This document shows positions 36,674-45,426 of a DNA stretch of 64,000 bases, in pieces. The notes beneath the pieces are model-generated. The model worked only from the letters and a program-made list of their open reading frames with translations, did no database searches and was not told where the DNA came from. Numbering within the stretch: position 1 is the first letter of the stretch; each line of letters starts with the position of its first letter. This DNA comes from an uncultured Candidatus Saccharibacteria bacterium (GTDB lineage Bacteria > Patescibacteriota > Minisyncoccia > Phycocordibacterales > JAKFXT01), in the NCBI GenBank assembly GCA_964385825.1, contig CAYLPX010000002.1:1281-65280 (forward strand), written 5' to 3'. Position numbers and translations under genes: made by a program.

Positions 36674-37548
36674 ACCGAAACCTTACTACCATCAGAATCT
36701 ATTTCTATTCTCCCCAAGTTATCAGTGCGGAGAGTTTCAATATGAAGTGCATTAAACGTAGCAAGTGTTTCTTTATGTGGATGCCCATACCTATTATCCT
36801 TCCCCACCGATATCACCGCTATACTGGGGTGCACCGTTTGTACATACGTAGGATCACTCGAGGTGTGAGACCCATGATGCCCAGCTTTGAGCACGTCACT
36901 TTCTAAACCGGTTCCATCTAGCTGTGTTAGATGTTGCTCAATGTCTCTCGGTGCATCACCGCTAAATATAAAGTGGGTAGAGCCATACGTGAGACGCGCG
37001 ACAATTGAAGCTTCATTACTTTCTACATATGTCACATCTTTATCCGGATAGAGAATGTCTAGTGCTACTCCATCTTCCTCATCAAGTACCAGTCTCATCC
37101 CGCGTTTTGCAATAACTCTTTGATTCCCCAACTTTACTGCTTCAGTATCTAACCTCTTAAATGCCTGCGTATCTTTAGTTCTATTCCCCGACTCAAGAAA
37201 CATGCCTACTTTATAGCGTGACAATACTTCAGGTAACCCTCCCACATGATCTGCATCAGGGTGAGTTGCTATAACCACATCAATATCATGATCAAGTGGC
37301 GAAAGTACTGCTCCGAGTTCCGTGAGCACTTTATTATCTGTAGGACCTCCATCAATCAATACTTGATTTCCATTCGGTGCTTCAATAAGTGTGGCGTCTC
37401 CCTGTCCAATATTAAGATAAAAAACTTTCAAAGTAGTTTTTCTTGTTTGAGGGGAAAAAGCCTCTCGCCAAACAAAAACATTGCTGAACAATAAGATAAA
37501 TACTACCCCTGGCAATATATAATTTCGCACACTTCGCAGTTTATCCAT
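36667..37548 (-). CDS. ComEC-like MBL-fold metallo-hydrolase domain protein (stand-alone ComEC C-terminal domain)
   Basis: 293 aa. An N-terminal TM is followed by a metallo-beta-lactamase fold (HPDADHVGG; GHHGSHTSS). Confidence 0.7.
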   Translation of the reverse strand: MDKLRSVRNYILPGVVFILLFSNVFVWREAFSPQTRKTTLKVFYLNIGQGDATLIEAPNGNQVLIDGGPTDNKVLTELGAVLSPLDHDIDVVIATHPDADHVGGLPEVLSRYKVGMFLESGNRTKDTQAFKRLDTEAVKLGNQRVIAKRGMRLVLDEEDGVALDILYPDKDVTYVESNEASIVARLTYGSTHFIFSGDAPRDIEQHLTQLDGTGLESDVLKAGHHGSHTSSDPTYVQTVHPSIAVISVGKDNRYGHPHKETLATFNALHIETLRTDNLGRIEIDSDGSKVSVK

Positions 37549-37619
37549 CCCCTTAAGTATAGCTAAAACGTAGTAAGAAGGGATGTGTTAAAATACCCTT
37601 AAGTAACTAATATAAAAAC

Positions 37620-38213
37620 ATGCACCATTACGAACCACGAAAGTTTAATCTCCCAGAATTAGCTGGCATTTCAACTAAGCAGTTAGAAGTTCATATCAAA
37701 CTCTATGAGGGGTATGTGAAGTTCACTAACACCTTGCGCGATACTCTCGCTGAATTACGAAAAGACAGTGAGAAGAATGCTTATGCCATCAGCGAGGTCC
37801 TTCGCCGTTTCGGCTTTGAGTTTAACGGCATGCGCATGCACGAGTACTACTTTGAACAATTTGAAGGTGGGGCTACAGCAGCCAATACTGAAAGCACAGT
37901 AGCCAAGGCACTTATAGAAAAGTATGGATCATGGGATGACTTCATACTTCACTTTAAAAACACTGGTCTTATGCGCGGTATTGGCTGGACCATACTTGCC
38001 TACGATCCAATTGGCAAAACTCCACATATATACTGGGTAGCTGATCATGAATTGGGGCAACTTGCCGGACTTCCCGTCCTTCTTGCTATGGATATGTGGG
38101 AGCATGCCTACATGGTTGATTATGTACCAGCTGAAAAAGCAAAGTATGTTGAGGCTTTTCTTTCAAATGTGAACTGGTCCCATGTGCAAAATAGATTTGA
38201 TAAAATAGCCTAA
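37620..38213 (+). CDS. sod: Fe/Mn superoxide dismutase
   Basis: 197 aa; motif DMWEHAYMVDY (the D-x-WEHAYY signature) plus N-terminal His ligands. Confidence 0.85.
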   Translation: MHHYEPRKFNLPELAGISTKQLEVHIKLYEGYVKFTNTLRDTLAELRKDSEKNAYAISEVLRRFGFEFNGMRMHEYYFEQFEGGATAANTESTVAKALIEKYGSWDDFILHFKNTGLMRGIGWTILAYDPIGKTPHIYWVADHELGQLAGLPVLLAMDMWEHAYMVDYVPAEKAKYVEAFLSNVNWSHVQNRFDKIA

Positions 38214-38267
38214 ATAAGGTTAACTTGTTTTTAGTATCATCCGATCAACTATTGTGAGGAGTTCGGC

Positions 38268-38483
38268 ATGCGTTCCGCTCAAAATGAACAAAATGTCCGG
38301 GAGTTCGCTTTCGGATGCTCCCCGCCGGCAGTCAACAAGCCCGTACCACGAATGACCTTGCGGGAGATGGCGCAGAACGCCCGCATCGACAAGGTGAACG
38401 AGGCATGCCTTGGTGTCCTGCGCAATCTTCGGTCACGGGCCAAAGACAAAGGCGGCGCTTTCCCGGGAGTTCCGGGGTTCTGA
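38268..38483 (+). CDS. hypothetical small protein on GC-rich island
   Basis: 71 aa ORF; SD gtgaggagttcggcATG; about 58% GC; a terminator follows. Confidence 0.35.
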   Translation: MRSAQNEQNVREFAFGCSPPAVNKPVPRMTLREMAQNARIDKVNEACLGVLRNLRSRAKDKGGAFPGVPGF

Positions 38484-38494
38484 AAAATCCCGCA

Positions 38495-40021
38495 TTACAC
38501 GCCGGCAATTGCCGGCGTGTTTTTCTTTTGGAGTTTCCATAGGAAAATTCCAATACTTACATAGGAGAGGAACATGACCCAAGCTGGAAATTGCGGCACC
38601 GCAAAAGATGCAAAAGATAAGTTGCCAAATCTTTCAGCAATTAGTATTTCATAGTGAAGGAGCCAGTAGGTGACATATGCGAAGGGAGTTGCAATAGCAG
38701 TACTTATAAGAGCACATACTCCTGTAATAAATCCAAGAAGCATAGTGAGTGGGATGAGTGGCAAAACCAAAAGATTGGCAAGGAGAGCTACCACTGAAAA
38801 AGTCCCGATGCTGTAGAGAATAAATGGCAATACAAATAGCTGCGTTGAAAGTGTAGCTACTACTATCTCCTGCAGGCCAAACTTTCTCGGCACCACACGT
38901 AGATACCGCTCAAACAATGGTGAAACATAAATAAGCCCCACTGTTGAGAGAAATGATAATTGAAAAGAAAGATCAAATACTAAAATTTTGGGATTAATGA
39001 ACACCATAAGTACTCCTGCCAAAATAAGTGCTCGCGTGATGTCATAGTCTCGCCGAATAAATGTAGCGAGAAGTGCGAGTATTGCCATAACTGATGCGCG
39101 TACCACCGTTGCCGAACCTCCCGTCATAATAGCGAAAAGTAAAATCCCCACCACCCCGAAAAATATTCGTTTGCGAATAGCAAGAAACGAAAACAGAAAC
39201 ATGAATGCCGTTGCCACAATCGTGATGTTGTAACCCGAAAGCACAATGATGTGAACGAGCCCCGCACTGCGAAAACTATTTTGCAAATCTTTTGAAAGGG
39301 ATTGATTGCCACCAAGGAGTATCCCACCAAGAAATGAACTTTCGGGGGTTGTTATAACTCTATTAAGTCCACTTAAAAATTTCTGCTTAAGTAGAAAAAG
39401 ATTTCTCTTTAAGCTATTGCCCCCACCCTCCCCCACAACGGTAATACCGGGAAAGGTCATTTCATATAATATTCCTGACTTTGCTAAATAGGCTTCGTAG
39501 TTAAATATTCTCCCGTTTGATGTCTCGAAATTCTGTGGTTTCTTAAGAGTACCTACAATTGTTACTTCCTCGCCATAGTTATAGAGCGTCGGGGGAAGTG
39601 TGGTTATAAGTACTTTTTCTTTTACTGGATATGTTACTCCGCGATACTCCAATGTAGTAACTAAAACAGTGAGTCTTGTTGTTTTCTCACGATAGTCTGA
39701 CTCTTCAGTAATGAGTCCGTGAAATGCCGCTCTCGTACCTAAAGCCACTGCCATGCTATCTACCTGCGAAGTGTCATACTCAAATCGCAGTATTCCAAGG
39801 ACTGTCCCAAAAAGAAAAACACTCACTAGAAACGAGTGAGTGTTTTTCTTTTTAAGTATGAGACCGAGACCAAAGATTGCAAAAGCCAGAAGCAAAAGGC
39901 TATAAAGTATATACTCTGGGACATCATAGAGTGACCGAATAAAAATTCCGACTAAGAAACTCCCGAGTATGGAAAAAATAAGTCGATTCGTGCTCACAAA
40001 AATTATGTAGTTGTATCCCAC
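38495..40021 (-). CDS. comEC: competence protein ComEC (DUF4131 plus competence membrane domain; no MBL domain)
   Basis: 508 aa polytopic membrane protein with the ComEC/Rec2 architecture but no C-terminal lactamase domain. Confidence 0.75.
   Translation of the reverse strand: MGYNYIIFVSTNRLIFSILGSFLVGIFIRSLYDVPEYILYSLLLLAFAIFGLGLILKKKNTHSFLVSVFLFGTVLGILRFEYDTSQVDSMAVALGTRAAFHGLITEESDYREKTTRLTVLVTTLEYRGVTYPVKEKVLITTLPPTLYNYGEEVTIVGTLKKPQNFETSNGRIFNYEAYLAKSGILYEMTFPGITVVGEGGGNSLKRNLFLLKQKFLSGLNRVITTPESSFLGGILLGGNQSLSKDLQNSFRSAGLVHIIVLSGYNITIVATAFMFLFSFLAIRKRIFFGVVGILLFAIMTGGSATVVRASVMAILALLATFIRRDYDITRALILAGVLMVFINPKILVFDLSFQLSFLSTVGLIYVSPLFERYLRVVPRKFGLQEIVVATLSTQLFVLPFILYSIGTFSVVALLANLLVLPLIPLTMLLGFITGVCALISTAIATPFAYVTYWLLHYEILIAERFGNLSFASFAVPQFPAWVMFLSYVSIGIFLWKLQKKNTPAIAGV
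38497..38529 (+). terminator. GC palindrome plus T-run; the same sequence encodes the last 8 codons of comEC on the other strand
   Basis: acacgccggcaattgccggcgtgt followed by ttttctttt. Confidence 0.7.
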
Positions 40022-40686
40022 TCACGGATAAGTGCGTCCTCTTCCTCCTTACTAAGCACTTTTTTAAACTTTGCCCCCGTCCGCCCTTCCACCTTTTTCT
40101 TGCACGCGTCCCAAGTCGCGTGTCGTGTGATATGTCCATCTACCTTACTCACATACGAGTATGCCTTACCCTTCCTTGTACCACTCGCTTTGATAAGTCC
40201 CACTGCTTGATGCGGGTAATGCTTTTTGCTTCCGGTATACAGTTCTACTTCCTTACCACGCGCAAATGAGTTCGCAATAATGTCCACCCGCTCATTGAGA
40301 GCAATTCCAGCATGCCCCTTCACATGCACCCACTCAACCGTTCGGTCTTCCACAATAGCAAGGAGTTCCTCCCAAAGATCTTTGTTGAGAACTGGCTGCT
40401 TCAGCGATGTTTGCCAATTATTTTTCTTCCAACCAAAAATCCATTTGGTAATACCATTAATCACATACTGCGAATCAGCATGTAGTTTAATCTCACTATT
40501 TTTAGGCGTGACACGGAGACCTTCAATAGTTGCCTTAAGTTCCATTCTGTTATTGGTCGTGTGTGGCTCACTTCCCCCTAGCTCTACAATATGTGACCCA
40601 TCAGTAACATATGCCCCCCATCCTCCAGGACCCGGATTGCCGATTGCTCCCCCATCGCTATATATAGTGTATATGCTCATTGCCAT
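40003..40686 (-). CDS. rnhA: ribonuclease HI with C-terminal hybrid-binding (Cauli_VI/HBD-like) domain
   Basis: RNase H core (YSDGGAIGNPGPGGWG ... NNRMELKA ... HVKGHAGIALNERVD). The C-terminal roughly 60 aa is AYSYVSKVDGHITRHATWDACKKKVEGRTGAKFKKVLSKEEEDALIREW. This matches the HBD pattern (Y-x-V..G...TW.EC...V.G..GA.FKKF...EEA). Confidence 0.8.
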   Translation of the reverse strand: MAMSIYTIYSDGGAIGNPGPGGWGAYVTDGSHIVELGGSEPHTTNNRMELKATIEGLRVTPKNSEIKLHADSQYVINGITKWIFGWKKNNWQTSLKQPVLNKDLWEELLAIVEDRTVEWVHVKGHAGIALNERVDIIANSFARGKEVELYTGSKKHYPHQAVGLIKASGTRKGKAYSYVSKVDGHITRHATWDACKKKVEGRTGAKFKKVLSKEEEDALIREWDTTT

Positions 40687-40767
40687 CTACTATACCAAAT
40701 TGAATTATGATTGACTTCCCTTCTCTATATGATTGACTACAGAAAGACCCTAGAGAAGGAGATGGGC

Positions 40768-41142
40768 ATGAAACAGGAAGACAAGCATGTTGCCTTCGTT
40801 CGCTTCACTCCGGCTCGAAAACTGGAATGGGAAGCGAACAATCATCAGCTGGAGCTGAGCTTTGATACCGATGACACTATTGTCCCCGAAGTCGGGGCAA
40901 AACTCACGGTATACATCCCACGCGGAGCGCCTGACTCGGTACGCTATGTGTCCCGAGGCCTTGCTAGAGTAACCAAGGTTCACAGGAATGTGACTGGGAT
41001 TTTTGAGATCACCGTCTCTTACCAAGGAAACTCGGTTTCTGATCCGCCGCAACACACCGCGGCGGATCATTTGTTTATACAATATCGACAATACGCAATC
41101 GGATTTCTGGATATCGTCCAAAAGTTGATCGCTCCAGGTTAG
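40768..41142 (+). CDS. hypothetical ORF on moderately GC-enriched segment, overlapping the 3' end of recJ (uncertain)
   Basis: SD agaaggagatgggcATG. About 50% GC. An internal hairpin plus T-run lies at 41043-41080. It overlaps recJ by 68 bp, so the coding call is low confidence. Confidence 0.3.
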   Translation: MKQEDKHVAFVRFTPARKLEWEANNHQLELSFDTDDTIVPEVGAKLTVYIPRGAPDSVRYVSRGLARVTKVHRNVTGIFEITVSYQGNSVSDPPQHTAADHLFIQYRQYAIGFLDIVQKLIAPG

Positions 41143-42760
41143 CAATCAACGTTATTCTCTCGCCCTCCTTTACTTCTCTCGTGCTGAAAAATTCTATTGC
41201 TCTCACAAAATCCCCATTTGTTTTACGAAAAGTTAATTCCAAATGTTCCCCTGTTTTACCAAACATTCGTGCCTTCTCCGGCACAATATTCTGGAGCATA
41301 AAAATAGGTTTTGGGTTCCCCATTCCAAAAGGAGCAAGGGGTTCAATAGCTCGCCAAGTCGCCATGTTCACTTCATCGAGTGGAATAATACTATCAACAA
41401 AAACTTCTTCGCTTTCCCCAACCTCCTTAACTGTCATATAAGCCTTAGAAAGTTCTTCTTCAAGGAGATGGACATATTCTTGCGCTACCTGAAAACCACC
41501 CGAGGCTGCGTGACCCCCAAACTCAAGAAACAAATCTTTCGGTACCGCCCCCATAAGAGCTACTAAGTCCACCGTCCCATCGGAGCGGCAAGAACCTTTG
41601 AGAGTTTCTCCTCCTTCTCGTCCCCAGAGAAACACTGGGCGACTATGTTCTTCAACTAACGTGTTGGCAGCGAGTCCCAAAAGTCCTGGACGCCAATTCG
41701 GGTTCCCTAACACAATAACCTCGCGGAGCTCCTCGCGCTCTGAAAGGTTGTGCTTCATTTCTTTAACCATAGAAGCCACTACTCCTTTCCGAGTGTCATT
41801 TAATTTTTGTAACTCTTTAGCTAGGGTCTCACCATTTCCTCCCTCACTCGCGGAAAGTAAATCAAAAGCAAGACGAGGATCACCCATACGTGAGGCAGCG
41901 TTGATGCGTGGCGCTATCATAAAGCCAATGTCATCCTCTGTGATAGTAGCTTGATTCATTTTCATCACACGCAAAAGTTTCTGTAGTCCAGGACGAGGCG
42001 ACTTACGAAGTACTTTTAATCCATAATGTGCAAAGACTCTATTCTCTCCAGTAAGTGGGACCATATCCGCCACGGTTGAAATACCTACTAAGTCGAGTAG
42101 CCATTTCTCCCACCCTTCTACTAAATTAAAATTTCCTTTGGCAATAAGGGCTTGTACTAGTTTGTAAGCAACAGCTGCACCACAAAGCATGTCATAGGCG
42201 TACTCACAATCTTCTTGTTTACTATTAAGTATGGCGAACGCTGGGGGTAATTCGCCGTGTGGCAAATGGTGGTCAGAAATAATTACATCCATCCCAAGTT
42301 CATTGGCTCTCGTTACTGGCAGGACATCAGTGATACCACAATCAACAGTGATAATAAGCGTTGTTCCCTCTTTTGCTAACGTCTCCATCGCCTTCACATT
42401 CATCCCATACCCTTCGGTATACCTATGGGGAATGTAGTTAGTGAAATTGGCATACCCAATCTTTTTAAAAAAATCATGAAGGATGACTCCACCCGGTATT
42501 CCATCATGATCATAATCACTATAGATAGTGATACGCTCCGCGTTTTCTATTGCCTTAAGTATCCGAATAACTGACTTCTCCATGCCAAGAATAGAAAGTG
42601 GGTCGTGAGTATGATCTTCATACGAAGGCTGCAAAAACTTTTGTGCGTCCTCTAGGGTAGTAACCCCTCGCGAGACTAAAAGTGATTGCTGAAGTGGGTG
42701 AAATATTGAGAGTGCTTCATGGGATATTTGGGGAGGTTGTTTAAGGGAGTACTTTCGCAT
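41075..42760 (-). CDS. recJ: single-stranded-DNA-specific exonuclease RecJ
   Basis: 561 aa; DHH family motifs (DYDHDGIPG, ISDHHLPH) plus a DHHA1 region. Confidence 0.9.
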   Translation of the reverse strand: MRKYSLKQPPQISHEALSIFHPLQQSLLVSRGVTTLEDAQKFLQPSYEDHTHDPLSILGMEKSVIRILKAIENAERITIYSDYDHDGIPGGVILHDFFKKIGYANFTNYIPHRYTEGYGMNVKAMETLAKEGTTLIITVDCGITDVLPVTRANELGMDVIISDHHLPHGELPPAFAILNSKQEDCEYAYDMLCGAAVAYKLVQALIAKGNFNLVEGWEKWLLDLVGISTVADMVPLTGENRVFAHYGLKVLRKSPRPGLQKLLRVMKMNQATITEDDIGFMIAPRINAASRMGDPRLAFDLLSASEGGNGETLAKELQKLNDTRKGVVASMVKEMKHNLSEREELREVIVLGNPNWRPGLLGLAANTLVEEHSRPVFLWGREGGETLKGSCRSDGTVDLVALMGAVPKDLFLEFGGHAASGGFQVAQEYVHLLEEELSKAYMTVKEVGESEEVFVDSIIPLDEVNMATWRAIEPLAPFGMGNPKPIFMLQNIVPEKARMFGKTGEHLELTFRKTNGDFVRAIEFFSTREVKEGERITLIANLERSTFGRYPEIRLRIVDIV

Positions 42761-42787
42761 CAGCGCATTTTACCATATACTCACTTC

Positions 42788-43198
42788 ATGGACTCGAACT
42801 GTATTTTTTGCAAAATTGTCGCTGGAGAGATCCCCGCAACCAAAGTATACGAAGATGAACTAACGTTTGCTTTTTTGGATATCAACCCAGTAAACCTAGG
42901 TCACACTCTTGTTATCCCTAAAAAACACTTAGTCAATCTATACGAACTAGAAGAAGCCTCAAGGAACGCACTCCTTGCAACCGCACAAAAAGTAGCCAAA
43001 GCTATAAAAAGTGAGCTTAAGGCTGATGGTGTCAATCTTGGCATGAACAATGATAGTGCAGCGGGACAAATTATTTTCCACGCCCACCTGCATGTTATCC
43101 CCCGCTTCAACAATGATGGACTAGTCCACTGGGGACACGCTAAAGTAACGCCAGAACAACTCACAGAAACCGGAGAAAAACTAAAGGGGGTTTTATAA
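42788..43198 (+). CDS. HIT family (histidine triad) hydrolase
   Basis: MDSNCIFCKIVAGEIPA..., HTLVIPKKH, HAHLHVIPR (the HxHxHxx motif). The start is taken at the internal Met of the tracked ORF. Confidence 0.85.
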   Translation: MDSNCIFCKIVAGEIPATKVYEDELTFAFLDINPVNLGHTLVIPKKHLVNLYELEEASRNALLATAQKVAKAIKSELKADGVNLGMNNDSAAGQIIFHAHLHVIPRFNNDGLVHWGHAKVTPEQLTETGEKLKGVL

Positions 43199-43456
43199 AA
43201 CAAAAACAGCCTGCACTACCCCGTGAGGTTAAGTGCAGGCCGGGCTCCAATCGCAGATTCCTACTAAAAGCGTGTGGTATTTCAACGTCGGCTCCACCCA
43301 TCCCGGAAGCAGGGTTTCAAAGCCTCCCACATATCCTACACCCTCTTTTTTCACAATCTTTGACCACTGCAAGGAGTCGAACCTTGCACCATGTGCGGTA
43401 CCGTAGTGTTGTTACGAGCCAGAAGGAGTATACCCCCTCAACTTTAAAAAGTAAAA

Positions 43457-44575
43457 TTATTTCAAAGCCTCAATCCCCACTAAAGTTCCGTTAGCGAGAA
43501 AATCAAGCATAGCCCCGCCTCCTGTTGAAATAAAGGAGAGGCGATCAGTTAAACCGAGGGACTCAATAGCAGCAATAGTATCCCCTCCTCCAACTATAGA
43601 GCGGGCCGAGCTTTCAGCAAGCATAGTAGCAACAGCTTTCGTTGCATGATCATATCCTTTTTCATAAAAGCCTAAGGGGCCATTCCACAGTACAAGTTTT
43701 GCATGCATGATATGCTCGCGGAGCATTTCGAGTGTGTGACTCCCAGCATCGCTTACTATTTCATTCGGCAGAATTTCGGTTGGCGCACGTAGCACTCTTC
43801 GACCATCACTTCCTCGCACCACCACATCACTTGGTAACAGTAATTTTCCATTAGTTACAACCTCTTCCTCAGGCATTTTCCCTGAGACAATGGAGCCGCC
43901 AATTTCATACCCCTTCACTTTAAAAAAATCATTTCCGAGCGCCCCTCCTACAAAGACATGATCAGCAACCTCTAAAAACTTTTTTATTAACGGCTCTTTT
44001 GTTTCAAACTTAGCTCCGCCCAATATAAAAAGAAATGGGTGCGGGGGATTAAAAGCACGCGAAAGTTCCGTAACTTCATGTTCAACTAAAAACCCAGCAT
44101 AATGTGGCAGAAACTTAGGTACCCCCACAACCGATGCGTGCTTGCGATGCGAAACCGCAAAAGCATCATTCACGTATATATCAGCAAGTTGTGCCAACTC
44201 TTTAGCGAACTTTTCATCGTTCTCTTTTTCTTCCTTGAAACGGCGAATATTCTCAAGGAGTACAATTTGCCCGCCTTGTGCTTTAGCTACCTCCTCCTTA
44301 ATTACAGTCAGCTCACTCTCCTTAACAAAGGTAAGCGGTAATCCCTTTTGTTTTAAAAACTCTGATACCGGCAGCAATGTTTCTCCCTCATCATTTTCAA
44401 TGTGACTCACTAAAATAACCACAGCCCGCTTTTCCAAAAGAAAATTGATAGTGGGTAGTGCTTTTTCTATACGGAACGTATCAACAAGTGCTCCGTCTTT
44501 AACCGGCACATTGAAGTCTACCCGCACAAGTACTCGTACTCCTTCCTGTATTTCTGCGTCTTTAAGTATGTGCAT
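43457..44575 (-). CDS. pgk: phosphoglycerate kinase
   Basis: 372 aa; PGK N-terminal (RVDFNVP) and C-terminal (GGGDT) signatures. Confidence 0.9.
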   Translation of the reverse strand: MHILKDAEIQEGVRVLVRVDFNVPVKDGALVDTFRIEKALPTINFLLEKRAVVILVSHIENDEGETLLPVSEFLKQKGLPLTFVKESELTVIKEEVAKAQGGQIVLLENIRRFKEEKENDEKFAKELAQLADIYVNDAFAVSHRKHASVVGVPKFLPHYAGFLVEHEVTELSRAFNPPHPFLFILGGAKFETKEPLIKKFLEVADHVFVGGALGNDFFKVKGYEIGGSIVSGKMPEEEVVTNGKLLLPSDVVVRGSDGRRVLRAPTEILPNEIVSDAGSHTLEMLREHIMHAKLVLWNGPLGFYEKGYDHATKAVATMLAESSARSIVGGGDTIAAIESLGLTDRLSFISTGGGAMLDFLANGTLVGIEALK

Positions 44576-44578
44576 ATG

Positions 44579-45349
44579 TTAGGCTCTGCGTACACCAGCA
44601 ATAATCTCAGCAAAATTCTTTGATTTAAGGCTCTGATGCCCCACTAAGAGTCCATCTACTTCCCCCTCACGCACAAGTGTCTCGGCATTTTCTGGTGCTA
44701 CCGCCCCACCATAGAGAACCCTTGTTTCTTTGGCACTAGTACCGAAGTTTTCAATTAAGATTTTTCGAATAAGGAGTGAAGTTTGATGAAGGCTGTGTCC
44801 ATCCATCGCTTCACTTGCCGACCTACCAATGGCCCAAATGGGTTCGTAGGCTATTACTACTTCTTTAATAGAGTTTTTTGGTAACAATGAAAGCGAAGAT
44901 AGAAGCTGGCTCTTAAGTGTTTCAAGATATGCACCATGAGTATCCCGTTCATGTTCCCCAATACAAATAATGGGAGTGAGTTTGGCTTTTTTTACCATAA
45001 GTGCCTTACGGGCAACTATCTCATCCCCTTCCCCCATAGCCCTACGTTCTGAATGTCCGACAATCACATAGGTAATGCCGAAATTTTTACCCATGGAGAG
45101 TGACGTTTCTCCCGTATGTGCCCCCTCATCATATTCGGAAATATTTTGTAGCCCGAGAGTCATCCCCTTCTTTATCTTAGTCTTTGCAATAAGCGGTAGA
45201 TACACTGCCGGTGGACATACCACAACCTCGAGGGCCCCTCCGATACTTTTGACGGTTTCCTTATAGATAGAGAGAGCTTCTGCTGTAGTGCTTGGATTCA
45301 TTTTCCAATTAGCTACTACCAGTTTTCTTAATTTCTTTGTTTTTTGCAT
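44579..45349 (-). CDS. tpiA: triosephosphate isomerase
   Basis: VVANWKMN start, IAYEPIWAIG, GGAVAPENA. The start is taken at the internal Met (MQKTKKLRKLVVANWKMN); the tracked ORF carries a spurious N-terminal extension. Confidence 0.85.
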   Translation of the reverse strand: MQKTKKLRKLVVANWKMNPSTTAEALSIYKETVKSIGGALEVVVCPPAVYLPLIAKTKIKKGMTLGLQNISEYDEGAHTGETSLSMGKNFGITYVIVGHSERRAMGEGDEIVARKALMVKKAKLTPIICIGEHERDTHGAYLETLKSQLLSSLSLLPKNSIKEVVIAYEPIWAIGRSASEAMDGHSLHQTSLLIRKILIENFGTSAKETRVLYGGAVAPENAETLVREGEVDGLLVGHQSLKSKNFAEIIAGVRRA

Positions 45350-45381
45350 ACGTCTTATTTTATCATGTAGGCAGAAAGTCA

Positions 45382-45421
45382 CCACAAAGAAAGCCGGCTT
45401 TGTAGCCGACTTTCTTTGTGG
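45382..45421 (-). terminator. possible terminator hairpin downstream of the pilus operon
   Basis: ccacaaagaaagccggctttgtagccgactttctttgtgg: an imperfect stem with a weak U-run. Confidence 0.4.
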
Positions 45422-45426
45422 TGAAG

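Noticed and set aside
36111-36745. Alternative ORFs (152 aa minus; 124 and 182 aa plus) overlapping the 36174..36593 membrane-protein ORF
   Set aside because: Same GC-driven artefact. Their products are Arg/Pro-rich low-complexity, as expected for out-of-frame translations of a GC3-rich gene.
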